A stretch of DNA of 64,000 bases from Squalus acanthias (taxonomy: Eukaryota), in the NCBI GenBank assembly GCA_030390025.1, contig CM059431.1:108874001-108938000 (forward strand), given 5' to 3'. Positions 62,412 to 64,000 of the stretch are shown piece after piece. The notes below the pieces were generated by a model, which did no database searches, had not been told where the DNA came from, and saw only the letters and a program-made list of their open reading frames with translations. Both the position numbers and the translations under genes were made by a program. How positions within the stretch are numbered: position 1 is the stretch's first letter; every line of letters starts with the position of its first letter.

Positions 62412-63883
62412 GGGCCAACACTTGCGATCGGAGGCGTCCCGCGGGCGGACGCCTCCGACCTGCAAAAATTCTAAAAATGTACCTGGTGGCCCGGGAGAAA
62501 CGGAGACTCTTGATCCTGGGCCTCTTCAGGTCCGCGCGGGCAGAGCCCCACGTATCCCAGGGTGCAGGCGGTTCGTAGGCGCCCCTGGGATCACGTGGGC
62601 CGGCCCAACCAATAAAAGAAGGGAATCCCCATTCATACTGATGCGAGTTCTGTCCGAACAGAACTCCAATAAGTATGAATGGGGAGCACTTAAAAAATAC
62701 ACCAACACATGAAATAATTTTTTTTTAATTACATATTTAAAATTAATTAAAATGCCATTTAATTAAATATTTTAAACCAAAATTACATTTTTTGAAAAAA
62801 AATTATGGGCCAAAAATTCATCCCGGTGCGTGAGAGTACGCACTGCGTACTCTCGCGTATTCCCACTCCAATTGCCGGTTTTCTGCATGCCCTGCGCATG
62901 CGCTGAAAACCGGCAATTGCTCTTTTGAAAAGGAGGCGGTTCCTCGGTGCATCGCGTGCGCGCTACAGGCTGCGCGCACGCTGTGCACTTCATGCTTTGG
63001 ACGCGCAGGTAAGTACTGAAGATTTTAGAAATGGAAAAAGGAGGAGTAAGACCCACTTTTAACAAGGTAAGTAGTGAATTAAGTATTTTTTTGAATTTTT
63101 TTTAACAGGTATATCTTTTTTAGAGACTTTAAAGACAAGTAAGTTTATTTTTATAACTTTTTAAAAGATTTTAAATTTTTTCAAAAATTTAATTTTTTAT
63201 TTAAAATGGTTAATTTATTTAACTATACTTATTTTATTAATGTGATGGTTTTTTTTTAAATTTAATTGAGGTTTAGCTGTTATTTTGGGGGGGTGTAAGA
63301 TTCATAGATTTCACAGCATGTATGTGAAACTTATGAATGGAAGATGGTGTGCTGCCATTGGCTCTAACTGAGTCACGTGATCCCACAGCTCGCACGAATT
63401 CACTACGCTGGTGGGATACGCAAGCACTGCCCGGCTGATGTCTGGAACATCAAGTTCGTGCGAGCTGGATCTGAAAAAGCACAAGCGGAGTGAGAGATCG
63501 CGGGGAAGGCTTACCCCCGCGGGAACAGAGCGAGATCAATTTCTGGGCCTATATGTTTTTACAGGGCTAAAAATAAACTTACCTTATTGAAGAGTATTTT
63601 TAATTTATAAATGAGTGATAAAATGTTATTTATCTATTTTTTTAAACTCTTATGCTGGTAAAAGCAGGCCTTACGCGTAAGAATTTGATAGACATTCAGC
63701 GGGCGGAAGTTGTGCAAATAGCGCAACTCTCCACCAGCAGAGGCCCGTCTCCCGGGGATGCGGAGGATCTGTCAAGAGAATGCTTGACAGATCGCAAGTG
63801 CCGGGTTTTAGTACGTGCGCTTCGCATACCTAAACCCAGAAATTCGCGGCCCCTACGGGCGCGTACACGCCTCGTACGGCCCC
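62412..63883 (+). mobile_element. MITE family B variant, interrupted by a family C element
   Basis: 62412-62806 and 63550-63883 are colinear with 36089-36837. Confidence 0.85.
62807..63549. mobile_element. MITE family C (743 bp), PIF/Harbinger-like
   Basis: Left end GGGCCAAAAATTCATC vs right end (reverse complement) GGCCCAGAAATTGATC, 13/16 identical; perfect TAT TSD. Confidence 0.88.
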
Positions 63884-64000
63884 TTGTTTTCTTCTGCTGT
63901 GCGTCAACCTTTGTTTTCTACCTTGTCCTGCACTCCGACATTTAATTCGTGAGGGGTCCTATAGTAAGGTATTTGGTTGCTGATGGGTTTTAAAACAATG

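Noticed and set aside
37130..64000. Next upstream dach1 exon (expected to end ...KRMHIEK-like, phase 1)
   Set aside because: No matching peptide or spliceable exon found by eye; probably beyond the window, though a diverged exon could have been missed.

Overview
Vertebrate genomic DNA, almost certainly from a cartilaginous fish (shark-type CR1, L2, V-SINE, DeuSINE and Penelope repeats). The only host gene is the 3' part of dachshund homolog 1 (dach1) on the minus strand. Its last five coding exons (37129-36984, 33260-33113, 32968-32825, 32520-32452, 9911-9874) splice with GT-AG boundaries and consistent phase into the C-terminal 181 aa (DD2 coiled coil, ending DGRMYLKSSVMY*). A putative ~3.3 kb 3'UTR runs to an AATAAA at ~6585. 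I found no further upstream coding exon, so 37130-64000 is probably one large intron. The rest is repeats and repeat-poor, enhancer-like blocks. The most notable structure is a PIF/Harbinger set: a probable fossil autonomous element (transposase N-terminus and Myb/SANT gene in convergent orientation, separated by a young CR1) plus many MITE families with GGG/GGC termini and 3-bp target duplications. Also present: several multi-level nested insertions, an element with ~190-bp inverted repeats, LF-SINE-like copies, a Penelope fold-back with half a hammerhead motif, a perfect 76-bp AT palindrome and a triple CCATATGG cluster. Family names come from remembered consensus motifs, not database searches, and most repeat boundaries are approximate.
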